IMG/VR virus record: IMGVR_UViG_3300028381_000200
Coordinates: 1-64,000 of that record
DNA: 64,000 bases
Origin: a virus
Taxonomy: Duplodnaviria; Caudoviricetes
Direction: 5' to 3' (one strand)
Below, piece by piece: positions 46,504 through 56,897 of this stretch. How positions within the stretch are numbered: the stretch's first letter is position 1; each line of letters opens with the position of its first letter. The translations under genes were made by a program, and so were the position numbers. The notes under the pieces are model-generated. The model ran no database searches, had not been told where the DNA came from, and saw only the letters and a program-made list of their open reading frames with translations.

Positions 46504-46967
46504 TGACGATCCAAGACAAGATCGCCCACGTCAACGACCTGGCGAAGGGATTCAAGATTCACCTCGCCACCAGGGCGCAGCTCCGCTTGCTGGCCCTCGC
46601 CTTCGGCCACGATGAACTGTGGCAGGCGTCGAAACATTCACGAGGCACGTCGCTCCCGAAGTTGCGAACGATCTTCACCGAACCGGTGACCGACGACGCG
46701 ACCTATGCCATCACACTGCACGAAATGGGGCATATCGTCGCGCCGAACGGCCACCTGTATCAAGAGAAGGACCGCGCCACCAGCGAGGCGCAGTGGATGC
46801 GGCTCACGATTATCGAGGAAGAGGCTGCGTGGGCATGGGCCAGGTATCAGGCCCTGGAATGGACGCCCGCCATGGACGAGGCGAAGCGCACGGCGCTCGA
46901 CTCGTATCAGCGGGGCCTGGAACGGGCCATGGCCCGAGACCCACGCGTCGTCGACTGGGCTGCATAG
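46503..46967 (+). CDS. HEXXH metallopeptidase-like protein
   Basis: LHEMGH ... EEEAAWAWA. Confidence 0.65.
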   Translation: MTIQDKIAHVNDLAKGFKIHLATRAQLRLLALAFGHDELWQASKHSRGTSLPKLRTIFTEPVTDDATYAITLHEMGHIVAPNGHLYQEKDRATSEAQWMRLTIIEEEAAWAWARYQALEWTPAMDEAKRTALDSYQRGLERAMARDPRVVDWAA

Positions 46968-47124
46968 AAATTATGGGAGAAGAGACGCCGATGACGCAAA
47001 CCGTCACGTTGACCGTCACGAAGGGTAGGTAAGTCCAAAGCAGCTTCGGCCAACATCGCGCCATGCCTCTTCAGCGTCTGGTCCTTGCTTCACCGGCGTC
47101 GGCGATCACGGAGCGCCTCCGACG

Positions 47125-47274
47125 TTAGGCCGTGCGTCGCTTGTAGACCTTCAGCCAGCAGTGATAGCACCGCCGGATCGCGGCCCCGTAGCTGGTGAAC
47201 GTAATCGCCATCCACGGCTTGCCGCATTCGAAACAGTGGTCTTCTTGCACCTTACTCGTGGTCCGTTCAAACAT
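47125..47274 (-). CDS. small Zn-finger protein (not in ORF track)
   Basis: GGAGGAG RBS; CFEC...CYHC, 49 aa. Confidence 0.5.
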   Translation of the reverse strand: MFERTTSKVQEDHCFECGKPWMAITFTSYGAAIRRCYHCWLKVYKRRTA

Positions 47275-47345
47275 CAGGTCAACTCCTCCCGCCGCGTCTG
47301 CTCACGGCTGTCACCCCGTGAGCAGACGCCACGCATCGCATCATA

Positions 47346-47681
47346 CTACCGAATCGACTGACCGGGCTGCCGTCGCTGCTGCTCCAGGAACTGCAACGCC
47401 TGCTGCGCCGTCGTGAAGACGGCCGCTTCGCGCGCTGACACCGCTGCGCTCGCGCCCGTGTTGTTGTCACTGCACCAATAGGCCGGGGACATGCCCGGAA
47501 TGTCGGTCGTGCCCAGCACGTTTACCAACTCGCCATCGACAATGGCGAATAGATCGCGCGGCGACAGACTAATCGGGGACGGAGACTTCTGTGGGTCGAG
47601 CTGTGCGCTCTGCGCACTCCCGCCTTGAATGTAGTGGCCGCTTCCACTGAACTGACGTTGGGCTCGATCTTGAAGACTCAT
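47346..47681 (-). CDS. hypothetical protein
   Basis: AAGGAGGT RBS. Confidence 0.6.
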   Translation of the reverse strand: MSLQDRAQRQFSGSGHYIQGGSAQSAQLDPQKSPSPISLSPRDLFAIVDGELVNVLGTTDIPGMSPAYWCSDNNTGASAAVSAREAAVFTTAQQALQFLEQQRRQPGQSIR

Positions 47682-48222
47682 ACGAACCACCTCCTTCGCT
47701 CGGGTCAACGACGTGTCAACCAGCCGCGTATGCTAGACCCCTCCGCCGAAAAAAGCAACGCCGACAATTATCAATTTTTTTCGGGCGCTCGCCAAAATGT
47801 CGGCCAGCCGACACGTCTCGCGTTTCAACGACGCCGTTGCGCTCCTACTTGACAACTTTTTGCCCGCTCATAAAATCGCTGATAAGCGGCCGGGGGAAAT
47901 CAAGTAGGACAGGTCAGGTTGGATTGGTCTTCGTCAGCCTTCCCTCGATGCTGGAATATAAAGCTGGCGTCGTCTCCTTTGAACGCAACACAGTTCGGTG
48001 GCCACGGCCACCAACACGACACATCCGTCTGCGAGTCGGCTCCTCACGCAGTCTCAAAAGCGACGCGGCCAAGTCGGCAAGCACGGTGTCGTGAGGTTGT
48101 CGTCTCACACTCCGCGCCGCACCAGCTGCGTGACGCTTCCGCCGACCTCGACATTTCCTGCGCTGGACGGCTCAGCGCCTCGACGCGCTCGCGCGCCTGG
48201 GGCGAGGTGTTAGGGGGGGGAC

Positions 48223-48354
48223 TTGAAAAGGATTTCCGGGGTAGGCTATACTGCGCCGTCACCGGATTGGTTGCGGGGTTCCCCAAGTTCCGCCGCGCCA
48301 ACTCCTGTTCAGCCGCGCGTGACTTCCTCGCCCGAGGTCACGCGCTTTTTTTTT
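48223..48354 (+). ncRNA. candidate ~95-nt sRNA with promoter and terminator
   Basis: TTGAAA-18-TATACT then GCGCGTGAC/GTCACGCGC hairpin and T-tract; no ORF. Confidence 0.45.
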
Positions 48355-48394
48355 GGAACGGCGTAGCATAACGCTGCGGTCCGACAAAGTCAAA

Positions 48395-48430
48395 GAGCCC
48401 GGCTGTTAGTCGACCTAACAGACCGGGCTC
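48395..48430. terminator. hairpin after late operon
   Basis: GAGCCCGG.TGTTAG/CTAACA.ACCGGGCTC. Confidence 0.5.
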
Positions 48431-48489
48431 AATCACTTACGGCCAAAACGACGGATAGAAATAGCCCAGGTAGTCGACGCTGCTGGGAC

Positions 48490-48690
48490 TTAGCCCAAAG
48501 GGACGGGGTGCGCGGCCAGCCAGGCTGCGTCCTTCGCCAGGCTCGACAGGAACGCCGAGTGGAACGCCGCAATCACCTCTTCGTCAGTGGGCGCGGGCAA
48601 CGTCGGGTTCGCCTTCACGAACAACTTTCGAAACGCCGCAATCAGGGCCGGTGTCTCCTGAATCGCAAGCATGAGAATGGCTGGATTCAT
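48490..48690 (-). CDS. hypothetical protein
   Basis: TAATG coupling. Confidence 0.6.
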   Translation of the reverse strand: MNPAILMLAIQETPALIAAFRKLFVKANPTLPAPTDEEVIAAFHSAFLSSLAKDAAWLAAHPVPLG

Positions 48691-49076
48691 TAGTGCACCT
48701 CCTGGAGAACGGTTTGCAGCAACGCGACGTAAGGCCCAATCAGCCGCGATTCGTTAGACGGGAGGTTGTGCTGAAGCTCGGAGAGGCCCGATTGCACGCC
48801 CGCTTTCCAGCCGTTGGGGGCGTCGTGGACGATAGTGATCGCCGACTGGTGGTAGAGGGTCACCTTGCGGGCCGTCTCGACGCTGACCAGCGGTGGCACC
48901 TGTTTGTTGGCATCCTGGACCACGTCCCGGAGGAGGTCGAGGTTCTGAATGATGCGCGTGCCATACCAGGCCGCTGCCGCTTGAGGCGACAACGTTGGGG
49001 GCGCGTGATTGGCGCAAGCCGAAAGGCCCACGACCAACACGCCCAGCACGCACAACGACCGAAGTCGATGCAGCAT
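48690..49076 (-). CDS. lipoprotein (possibly lysis-associated)
   Basis: Signal peptide with LSAC lipobox. Confidence 0.7.
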   Translation of the reverse strand: MLHRLRSLCVLGVLVVGLSACANHAPPTLSPQAAAAWYGTRIIQNLDLLRDVVQDANKQVPPLVSVETARKVTLYHQSAITIVHDAPNGWKAGVQSGLSELQHNLPSNESRLIGPYVALLQTVLQEVH

Positions 49077-49125
49077 GTGTTCACTCCTTTAGGGTGAAGC
49101 GCGAGTGGTGGTTAGGCGGGTCGGG

Positions 49126-49458
49126 TCAGACGCCTGCGAGCTGGGACCAGTCTGTCGAAATCTGCGACTGGATATCGGCGTCGGTGGTGGACGAAATGAC
49201 GGCCCCTTCGTGGAAGTCGTAAGAGGTCGTGAAATTGTTGACGTTGGGGCGCATGACAATCGACAGCGCCAGCTGGGCGGCGAAGGTCGTCGGCATGCCC
49301 AGGACTTGTCGAGCGTAGGTCGCACGCTGCGCATGTCCCACGGTGCCGCCGTCTTCGCTGAGCACCTGCCAGGCCACCGTCACCAACGCATTGAGAATCC
49401 GTAGGCGGAAACGCGGGTCATTCGCCAGGGCTTGCTGCGTGAAAGCGTCATTCGCCAT
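49126..49458 (-). CDS. hypothetical protein
   Basis: GGAG RBS; DADIQSQISTDWSQLAGV. Confidence 0.65.
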   Translation of the reverse strand: MANDAFTQQALANDPRFRLRILNALVTVAWQVLSEDGGTVGHAQRATYARQVLGMPTTFAAQLALSIVMRPNVNNFTTSYDFHEGAVISSTTDADIQSQISTDWSQLAGV

Positions 49459-49702
49459 TAGCTTCTCCGGCCTCGGGCGTAATCATCTCACCCGGCTGCA
49501 CCGACGCCCCGTCTGGATTGAGCGCTTGGTTGACCGCCCGATAGTTAGCCGCTGTGTCGAGCACGAGAAGCGTTTGCCCGTTGATTAAGCTGAGCGTCCG
49601 GGCCTGCACCGAGGGACTCCACGCAAACGCGGGACCGAGAGAGACGACCGAGTCATCGCGCAGAATCGCGGTAGCTCCATCAGGAGCAACGGTTATGACC
49701 AC
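49448..49702 (-). CDS. hypothetical protein
   Basis: AGGAG RBS, GTG start. Confidence 0.45.
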   Translation of the reverse strand: MVITVAPDGATAILRDDSVVSLGPAFAWSPSVQARTLSLINGQTLLVLDTAANYRAVNQALNPDGASVQPGEMITPEAGEANGE

Positions 49703-49746
49703 GGTGTCTCTCCTGGAAGGATTCGAACCCGCCTTCAGTATACGCC

Positions 49747-50994
49747 TTATATCGGGTCCCCGTTGGGATATCTTGCACCGTTGCCAAAGCCCCGTGGAGC
49801 CAACGGGCCGGGCGTGCATAAACACTCGTAACCTTTGAGGTCCCCGATATCTTCGTTGGCAAATCGGCCGTCACCATCGAGCTGGTTGTTGAACTGACAC
49901 TGCGCGATGATTTCAAACGCAATCCAGTCGACCGTTTGCGGCAGGCCCCAGAGCCCACCCGCACGTAGCCGCACCGAGACGTCGTTCCCGCGCGCCTGCA
50001 TCATGCCTGCACTCCACGCCGGGTCGGTCTTGTATTGGTAGAGCAGCGTCTTCACGCCGACCTTGATATTGGCTTTCCAGAACGTCGGCCCGTGCCCGTC
50101 GCCACCAGGGCCGAAGTCGGCGTAGCCCTGTTGCAAGTGCACCGCCCACCGCACCGACGGCCATCGCAACGCGTCGTGGTCAATCGTGGAGCGCAGCACT
50201 GCTGGGTCATACCACAAGCTGGCTTCCCACGCGTGTGAGGCCATCGTGATCCCATCGATACTGAGCAGCGCGTCGACCCACGGAGCCACGTGCTCCGGGT
50301 CTGGGTTGCGGCCGTCGTAGTCCTTCGAGCGTAGGAAGTGGCAGGGAATGAGGCCAGCGGCTTTCACGCGCGTCGTGAGGTCCAGGTAGTCCGACAGCGT
50401 CAACCGCGTGCCGTCCCGCGAGTCGGGAATCGACAACCAGAAGTGCCGATAGCCACGCGCCGCATACGCTTCGAACCACCGGTCCTGCCAGTCGCGCGGA
50501 TAGCGGTCCACCAGGTAAGTCAGTAGCCGGTTCTGCGCGTCACCGCGTGCGCCTCCGGCCACGAACGGTGCGCCAGGAATTGTCACCGCCCAGAGGTTCG
50601 CGCGGTGGTAGCCGTCATCCTCGCGCGCCGGGGCGGTCCCATTGAACGTCGTGTGCACCGGGAGTGACGCGCCCGTGTCCGGGTCGGCGGTATCGCGGTC
50701 GAACGGCGGCAGCGGCCCGCGTGGTTCCAGCGGGCCGGGCTCAAAAGGGTGCTTAGTCCGCCATTCGTCGCTGTTCTGAATGCTAGTGCGAATCGCCTGC
50801 TTCGCTTCAGTGTCCGATGCGCCTTTCGCGCGCAGCGTCACGTAGACGTCGAGCAGCCACGCGCCGATGCCTTCCCAGTCGGGGTGCCCGTCAATCCACA
50901 AACCGTCCGGTCGTTGCAGCCCATCGTCAGCTCTGTAAAACTGGTCTAGCCACTCGCCTGCCTGGATGAGGTCGGCTCGGGGAATCAGACTCAT
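49747..50994 (-). CDS. hypothetical protein, possible glycoside-hydrolase-like barrel
   Basis: 415-aa Trp/Tyr-rich ORF in lysis region. Confidence 0.6.
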   Translation of the reverse strand: MSLIPRADLIQAGEWLDQFYRADDGLQRPDGLWIDGHPDWEGIGAWLLDVYVTLRAKGASDTEAKQAIRTSIQNSDEWRTKHPFEPGPLEPRGPLPPFDRDTADPDTGASLPVHTTFNGTAPAREDDGYHRANLWAVTIPGAPFVAGGARGDAQNRLLTYLVDRYPRDWQDRWFEAYAARGYRHFWLSIPDSRDGTRLTLSDYLDLTTRVKAAGLIPCHFLRSKDYDGRNPDPEHVAPWVDALLSIDGITMASHAWEASLWYDPAVLRSTIDHDALRWPSVRWAVHLQQGYADFGPGGDGHGPTFWKANIKVGVKTLLYQYKTDPAWSAGMMQARGNDVSVRLRAGGLWGLPQTVDWIAFEIIAQCQFNNQLDGDGRFANEDIGDLKGYECLCTPGPLAPRGFGNGARYPNGDPI

Positions 50995-51347
50995 TGCACA
51001 GCCTCTAGCCTTTCCATGTCGATAGTTTGAATGTGCACACAACGCGGGTGGTGAAGTCGCACTCGTGCCGTGCGCCGGTCAGCGGAGACGAAGGTGACCT
51101 TCGCCCAAATCCGCGTCGATTTCCCAACGTCGCGCCGCCGCCGTGACCAGAACCAGACTTCCGAGCCTTTGACAATCGGAATGGCCACCGTCATCGCCGC
51201 CGCCATGGACGCGTCCTCGCATTTGAAGGTGCTATCAACGGTCTTACACGTGAGTAAACCAAACATGGCCCGGCCAAGGGGAGTCGGCGTGCTCGTCGAT
51301 TCGAACGAACACGCCGTCGTCAGCGCCAGGAGCGCTGCCCACTTCAT
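50991..51347 (-). CDS. possible lipoprotein
   Basis: MKWAALLALTTAC. Confidence 0.45.
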   Translation of the reverse strand: MKWAALLALTTACSFESTSTPTPLGRAMFGLLTCKTVDSTFKCEDASMAAAMTVAIPIVKGSEVWFWSRRRRDVGKSTRIWAKVTFVSADRRTARVRLHHPRCVHIQTIDMERLEAVQ

Positions 51348-51547
51348 GGAATTTTCAGCACCTGGCCTGGCAGAATTTTGTTCGGGTCATTCAGCTGGTC
51401 CCGATTCGCGTCGAAGATTTTCGGGTAGGCCGTGGCCGACCCGTAGTAGCTGGTCGCAATGCTGCTGAGCGTATCGCCGGGCTTCACCGTGTAGGTGCGA
51501 TAGCCGGTTGCCGAGAACAGTCGCTGCCACCAATCCATAAGACCCAT
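51344..51547 (-). CDS. LysM-domain protein
   Basis: YTVKPGDTLSSIA...IFDAN...ILPGQVLKIP. Confidence 0.92.
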   Translation of the reverse strand: MGLMDWWQRLFSATGYRTYTVKPGDTLSSIATSYYGSATAYPKIFDANRDQLNDPNKILPGQVLKIP

Positions 51548-51559
51548 GTGTCATCTCCT

Positions 51560-52120
51560 TTACGGCACAACAAGTAGAGAGAACGTCAGTGCGCGATTTT
51601 CCAAACCTTCTTCGAACTTCGCATCGATACCTTTGCGCCCGGCCTTTGCCGCGTCGGTCGCCAGGTCAATCATCTGGAGCCGCGCCGCAATCAAGGCTTG
51701 GTTCAGCATGATTTGAAACCGGCCGGTCGCCGGGTCGTTCACCGCTTCGACGGTCGCCGCGTCCATGACGCTCGTGCGGGGCACGTTCAGCACACGCTGG
51801 AGCCACCGGATTGCCAGGCCCTCTCCACTGTTGTAGCAGAAGTCGACCATTTGCACGCGCACCGGGGCGAACAGAATCTGGTCGAGTCCGTGCTGCACGG
51901 AAATCTGCGCGAGTTTCCATTTCACCGCCGCCCGCGCTTCGACAATCGTCAGCTTCTTGAGGTCGGCCAGGGTCACGCTCTTGCCCTGGCGATAGCCCTG
52001 GAGCACCGGCAGCGTGATGCCCCCCGGCCCTGTGGGTTGGTCAATCTTCGGTGGCTCTTCGTAGCTCCACCCTTCGCGGGTGAACGTCGCGTCGACCAGT
52101 TCGTCTTCGGTCACATCCAC
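51560..52120 (-). CDS. GH108-like endolysin
   Basis: REG, D..TGPGGIT, DFCYNSG...AIRWLQRVL. Confidence 0.7.
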   Translation of the reverse strand: MDVTEDELVDATFTREGWSYEEPPKIDQPTGPGGITLPVLQGYRQGKSVTLADLKKLTIVEARAAVKWKLAQISVQHGLDQILFAPVRVQMVDFCYNSGEGLAIRWLQRVLNVPRTSVMDAATVEAVNDPATGRFQIMLNQALIAARLQMIDLATDAAKAGRKGIDAKFEEGLENRALTFSLLVVP

Positions 52121-52133
52121 TCCCAGACTTCCA

Positions 52134-52730
52134 TTAGGGGTCCGCCAACTGCCAACTAATCGTCGAGACGTAGGTCGGCGCGTTGCCGTCGTTGTTCATT
52201 GTGCGCGCAACGGTGAGCGTCTTCTGGTCCGTTAGGGTCACGTCAATAATCGTCCGTCGGATTTCTTCCGTAGACACCTGTGCCGACGTCATTCCCAGCG
52301 ACATTAGGATGGCACGCTTGGGATTGACAGGATGGTCAAGCGTCACCGTCACCGAATTGACGTTCCCTGTAATGGCACTCTCCCCCCGCTGAATACTGCT
52401 CCAGACGCCGGGCCAAAACTCGATGACGGAATAGTCGTAAATCCAGGCGTTGGCCCCGACAAACGTCCCCCCGCCAGTTTTGAGCGTCACCGTCACGCTG
52501 TTTGTTAGCACCAGATACAATTCAGAATGACCGGCATCCGCAAAATACGGCACTCCGGCATTGTCCGAATAACGTCGCCCCGTTTGAAACAGCAGCGTAT
52601 TATTCATGTCCACCGCAGCGATAGTCACGGTCGTCGAAGTGACCGATTGCGGCATCGTTATCGTGCCATTCTGCACCGATTTAATGAAGTTGCTGACGCG
52701 CCGCCCCGAAAAGACCCGAGGGAATTTCAT
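52134..52730 (-). CDS. virion/tail protein with IKSVQxG repeats
   Basis: IKSVQNGTIT...VTIAAVD and second copy SSIQRG. Confidence 0.7.
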   Translation of the reverse strand: MKFPRVFSGRRVSNFIKSVQNGTITMPQSVTSTTVTIAAVDMNNTLLFQTGRRYSDNAGVPYFADAGHSELYLVLTNSVTVTLKTGGGTFVGANAWIYDYSVIEFWPGVWSSIQRGESAITGNVNSVTVTLDHPVNPKRAILMSLGMTSAQVSTEEIRRTIIDVTLTDQKTLTVARTMNNDGNAPTYVSTISWQLADP

Positions 52731-53140
52731 TAGCTCATCTCGTGGTAATAGGCTTGAATCCAGCACACCGAACTGGACGCCGCTTCCACCATTTGAAACT
52801 GGTAGAGGTCGCTGCTCTTGCTATACAGCGGCCCTTCAAAAATATAGGTCGTAATGGTCGACCCCAACGTCGACGTGGACGTGGACGCCCCAGCCAACTG
52901 AATCGACTCAATCAGATTTTGTTGGCTAAAGGAACTACTACTCGGAACGCGATACACCTTGATGGTGTGCGCGGCCGAATCGTTGTTACTGATGACGAAT
53001 CGGTCGAGAACGCCACCGTAGCCAGACGATCCATCCGGATTCTTGAGGCTAGTGCTGTGCGTGAAGATAGTGGTAATTCCTCCACCACTGGACGCGGGAG
53101 CCGCCACGAAGAGATTGACCAGACTTGTTGGAGCACCCAT
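52730..53140 (-). CDS. putative virion protein
   Basis: Beta-rich ORF in tail operon. Confidence 0.6.
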   Translation of the reverse strand: MGAPTSLVNLFVAAPASSGGGITTIFTHSTSLKNPDGSSGYGGVLDRFVISNNDSAAHTIKVYRVPSSSSFSQQNLIESIQLAGASTSTSTLGSTITTYIFEGPLYSKSSDLYQFQMVEAASSSVCWIQAYYHEMS

Positions 53141-53419
53141 TCAGACCCTCACTACATCGCGCCAGCGGGAAATCACCACTGGGCTGTTAAATCCGGCTGA
53201 CGTAATCGCGCCGCCAATGCCGGTTGTTGCGCTCCCGCCCACTTGTGCAGCCATGACCATGTCAATCACGGTCTTGGTCTGCACCAACGGGTAGGTCGCC
53301 GACTTCACTTCCGCGTCCACGTTGTCGTAAATCTTTTGCAGCTCCGCTTCGTCAATCAGTGACCCGGTGGTGCCGCTGCCATCGTCGTCGGTCCAATGTG
53401 ATCGTGCGAGTGTGCCCAT
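53141..53419 (-). CDS. putative tail protein
   Basis: WTDDDGSGTTG motif. Confidence 0.65.
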   Translation of the reverse strand: MGTLARSHWTDDDGSGTTGSLIDEAELQKIYDNVDAEVKSATYPLVQTKTVIDMVMAAQVGGSATTGIGGAITSAGFNSPVVISRWRDVVRV

Positions 53420-53428
53420 GGCTCTCTC

Positions 53429-56400
53429 CTATTGCGTCGGCTGCAACCGTCGTAACACGTGGATGAGGTTCCGCCACAACGCGCCGAACTGCACTTGGAA
53501 TTGCCAAGTGCTGGCGGTATAGAACGTGCGCGTGACCTGCTGAATCGTGACGTCCAGGACGATGCCCCGCACCGGCAGCTTGATACTGAGAATCTTGCCG
53601 GACCGCATTTGCCGGTCCAACGACCACAAGCTACCCGTCACCACCGCCGTCTTGAAGGCCGACAATTCCGCGAGCGCCGCCTGCGTGCATTGCGCAATCG
53701 TGCCGTTGTTGATATTGATAAATTGTTCGTGAATGCCGTCAGTGGCCGCGAAGTTCTGGTCCAGCTCCAACAACCCCAACGCCGCTTGCGCCGCAGCGTC
53801 GTCGACTACCACCCGCACGTTGAGTTGTTCTCCTTGTTGGCAGGTATCGAGAATGGACCCGACGCCAGAGGTCGGCACGCCCGTGATGTTGCCAGGGCCA
53901 GACGAGGCTGACCGGCCCGTATAGGTGATAACTTGGCCTTCACTGGGCGAGAACAGCTCGCCACCGGTTGCCGAATACCAACTGGTTTCATCGACAGGAA
54001 TAGACGACGATCCCGCTGCCGTCGGTGAGCTGCATCGCCCGCCGCCTCCCAGGACAATCATGCGGGTCCGCACCTGCGTCAGGTCCAGCGTGTAGTCCAG
54101 GGTGTTGTAGTTGTAGACGCCAGGAGCCAGCGCCACGGGCCGCTGCGACGTTTCGGTGAGGAAGTAGTGCACGTCCATGTCGACGTCCACATACCAGTTC
54201 CAATTGGGCGCAGTGGCCGTCGCCACGCTCTGAATCGCCGTGCCCACCTTCGCTCCACGAAAGGTGAGGGGCGCGTCGAGCACTGGCCCGCCCGGTTGAA
54301 CACCGTGCGACGTGAACCCGGTGGTATACGAGGCCACGAGGTCTAGCACAACGAGAGTGCTGCTCTGCCCCGCTTCGTAGGTTTTGCTGACCGTGCGCCG
54401 GTTCAACAACCACGTCCAGTCGGTGGCCCACACGTCATATTTGAAGACGTTGGCTTGCACGCCACCCGGCGTTTTGATCGGTTGCTTCCGCGTTTTGACA
54501 ATCGTGCCGCCGAAGAAGCGATTGTTCGACGCCCCGTCGGCGAGAATCAGCGTGTTGCCGTATTGCGGCATCCAGCCACTCAGCGCGTCGGTGGACAAGC
54601 GCAGCGCATAATGACGTGCGATTTGGGTCAGCGTGAGTGCCGTCGGGTAGACCGCCACTTCGTCGAGGCTTCCCGCGAACGGGAGTAGGGCCGTGAGCCG
54701 TGCACCCAACGAGAGCGCCGACGTGCTGGCCACCAACGGGCCGTCGTTCTTGGTGATGGTCTGAGCCACGAAGGCCCCGTCCACATAAATTTTGGGGGTC
54801 ACTCCGTCAAAGGTGCCGACCGCATGATGCCAGTTCCCATCGTTGTAGCTCGCCGTGGTGGCGACGTCGAACCCGAGCGACCCTACGAAGCTGTAGGTCG
54901 ACCACCGGAGTTGACCCGTCCCCGTGTTGACATACAGCTCGTAACCGTTGTAACCAAAGCTATCGGTCTTCGATAGAAAAAACATGTAACCGGTCAGCGT
55001 ATATTTCACCCAGACTTCAACCGTGATGGCCGTCACCGGATTGAGCACGGTGGTATTGGGTATCGTCACATAGCCGGTGCTGCCGTCAAAGATCACACCC
55101 GTGCTGTTATCACTCAACGGACTCACCTGCGCGAGCTGGACTCCGCCGACGTAGGTGCCGGGGTGTTGTAACTCACACGAGTCGTTCGCGGTCACGCCCA
55201 CTAATTCGCCTAAGCGCCAATACCCCACACATCCATCCGCCAACACCGTGTCGGCATAGCCGTTCCGGCACGACGGGGACGTCACAAATACGGTGCACTG
55301 CACGGTGTCTGGCTGGTCACTCAAAATATCGGTGGCGCTCAACGTGTGCTTCAGGATGTTGTCCATGATATCGATCCCGTTGAGCATCACGATGGGCCGA
55401 AAACTGAAAAAGAACGACCGCCCCGCATCGGCCCGCAGCACGCTGGCCTTTGACTGCATAAGCCCTTGCCGACTCGTGGTCGCGGTGCGCGCCGTATACA
55501 TACGCGTCACCTGCGCAGCGGTGAACGTGTAGGAATACAACGCGATTTCGTCTAAGGTGCCGTTGAACGGTGCCGTCGTGTTGTCGCTGTATTGGCCGAT
55601 GCGCACCGGCACGGCGGGCTGCCCCGGCACGAGGTTCGCGGCCGTGGCCTGCTTTACGAGCCCGCCGTCCACATAAATGTTGAACCCATTAGCCGTGGTG
55701 GTGCCGTCCCAGGTCACAATCACCTGATGCCACGCGCCATCGCGGTAAGTGAACGCCCCACTATTGGTATCCACCACCGGCACGTTGCCGTTGTAAATCC
55801 AGGTGCGAATGCTGCCGTCCGCATTGAGCCCCAGAGACCACCCGGACCCAGACGTCGACACCGTCTTGTTCACAATGACCTGGAACACGTTGTAGGTCGT
55901 CTTGAACGACGCCATAATCGTGAACCGCGAGATGTAGCTCAGCGCCGCGTTGTCCGGCACCTCGATATACCCCGTGGTCCCGTTGAACGTCATGGCGTCG
56001 TCGCCGTCCGACGGCCACCCGTCGACCTTCAGCGTCACCCCACCGTTGATCGTCCCGTCGTAACCGTTCAGAGTGTCGTCAGTCGCCACCAGTCCCGTCT
56101 GGTCCCCAAGTCGCCAGAACGCGTCTGGGGTTTCCTGGACCATGGCTGCCATGCGCCACCGATTAGTGAGCGCCGTGTAGCCGGTCGGCAGCTTGAACGT
56201 CGCAATGCAGATAATCGAGCTGGGATTCGGCGACCCGAGCCCGGCCGTCGCGTTGTAAGCTGATGCCGCACCCAGCACCCGGTCTTCGACGAACACCCAG
56301 TCGGTGAAGAAGGTGGTTTCGCGGGTGGTATATCCCACGCCCGGTGTAATGACCCGGTTCGCTACCACCACCGCCACGAGTAATTCCGAATCCGTTGTGG

Positions 56401-56791
56401 TGATGGCGTTCGCAGACGTCGCCGTCGTGCCGCCGGTTTGATACGTCTCGTTGTGTTGCGCCAGCGGCGCGGTGGTGGAATACCCACTGTATTCCATGAT
56501 GACCAAGGTCGACGCGCCCGCCGACGGGGTCATCGTGACAGTGTTCGCTCCAGCGTTGCAATTTTTGGCGTAATACATTTGCACGCTGAACGCCTGCCCT
56601 GCGCTGTGACGAATCGACGCGACGGCGACCCAGGTGTTGGCTTGGCTGTCAACCAACGTCGTCACTGTCGCCGTGTCACTTTCAAGCATGACCGCCGCTA
56701 CAAGGAGATGCGTAGCGATGTTGGCAGAACTGTAGGCTAAGGCATTGGCCCCGGCTGCAACGCGTTGATTTCTACTCTGAACGTAAGGCAT
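53429..56791 (-). CDS. tail protein with two LamG/concanavalin-like domains
   Basis: Two FWRLG/YWRLG...FNG/FDG...WH...IYVDG...LDEIA/LDEVA repeats; after tape measure. Confidence 0.85.
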   Translation of the reverse strand: MPYVQSRNQRVAAGANALAYSSANIATHLLVAAVMLESDTATVTTLVDSQANTWVAVASIRHSAGQAFSVQMYYAKNCNAGANTVTMTPSAGASTLVIMEYSGYSTTAPLAQHNETYQTGGTTATSANAITTTDSELLVAVVVANRVITPGVGYTTRETTFFTDWVFVEDRVLGAASAYNATAGLGSPNPSSIICIATFKLPTGYTALTNRWRMAAMVQETPDAFWRLGDQTGLVATDDTLNGYDGTINGGVTLKVDGWPSDGDDAMTFNGTTGYIEVPDNAALSYISRFTIMASFKTTYNVFQVIVNKTVSTSGSGWSLGLNADGSIRTWIYNGNVPVVDTNSGAFTYRDGAWHQVIVTWDGTTTANGFNIYVDGGLVKQATAANLVPGQPAVPVRIGQYSDNTTAPFNGTLDEIALYSYTFTAAQVTRMYTARTATTSRQGLMQSKASVLRADAGRSFFFSFRPIVMLNGIDIMDNILKHTLSATDILSDQPDTVQCTVFVTSPSCRNGYADTVLADGCVGYWRLGELVGVTANDSCELQHPGTYVGGVQLAQVSPLSDNSTGVIFDGSTGYVTIPNTTVLNPVTAITVEVWVKYTLTGYMFFLSKTDSFGYNGYELYVNTGTGQLRWSTYSFVGSLGFDVATTASYNDGNWHHAVGTFDGVTPKIYVDGAFVAQTITKNDGPLVASTSALSLGARLTALLPFAGSLDEVAVYPTALTLTQIARHYALRLSTDALSGWMPQYGNTLILADGASNNRFFGGTIVKTRKQPIKTPGGVQANVFKYDVWATDWTWLLNRRTVSKTYEAGQSSTLVVLDLVASYTTGFTSHGVQPGGPVLDAPLTFRGAKVGTAIQSVATATAPNWNWYVDVDMDVHYFLTETSQRPVALAPGVYNYNTLDYTLDLTQVRTRMIVLGGGGRCSSPTAAGSSSIPVDETSWYSATGGELFSPSEGQVITYTGRSASSGPGNITGVPTSGVGSILDTCQQGEQLNVRVVVDDAAAQAALGLLELDQNFAATDGIHEQFININNGTIAQCTQAALAELSAFKTAVVTGSLWSLDRQMRSGKILSIKLPVRGIVLDVTIQQVTRTFYTASTWQFQVQFGALWRNLIHVLRRLQPTQ

Positions 56792-56800
56792 ACTATTGAA

Positions 56801-56895
56801 GTCGGGACGCCATCAAAGCAAAGCAGGCGTGGCTTGGCAAAGCTGGGTTTAGCGCGGTGTGGCTCGGCGAGGCGAAGCAGGCAACGCGTCCCGAC
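56801..56895 (+). ncRNA. satellite GGY-NN guide-like unit inside a 10-bp inverted repeat
   Basis: AGCAGGC at 56822 and 56876; GTCGGGACGC/GCGTCCCGAC flanks; antisense to tail operon. Confidence 0.8.
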
Positions 56896-56897
56896 AT

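Noticed and set aside
53429-56791. Diversity-generating retroelement target in tail protein
   Set aside because: No reverse transcriptase or TR/VR pair seen; LamG repeats are diverged duplicates
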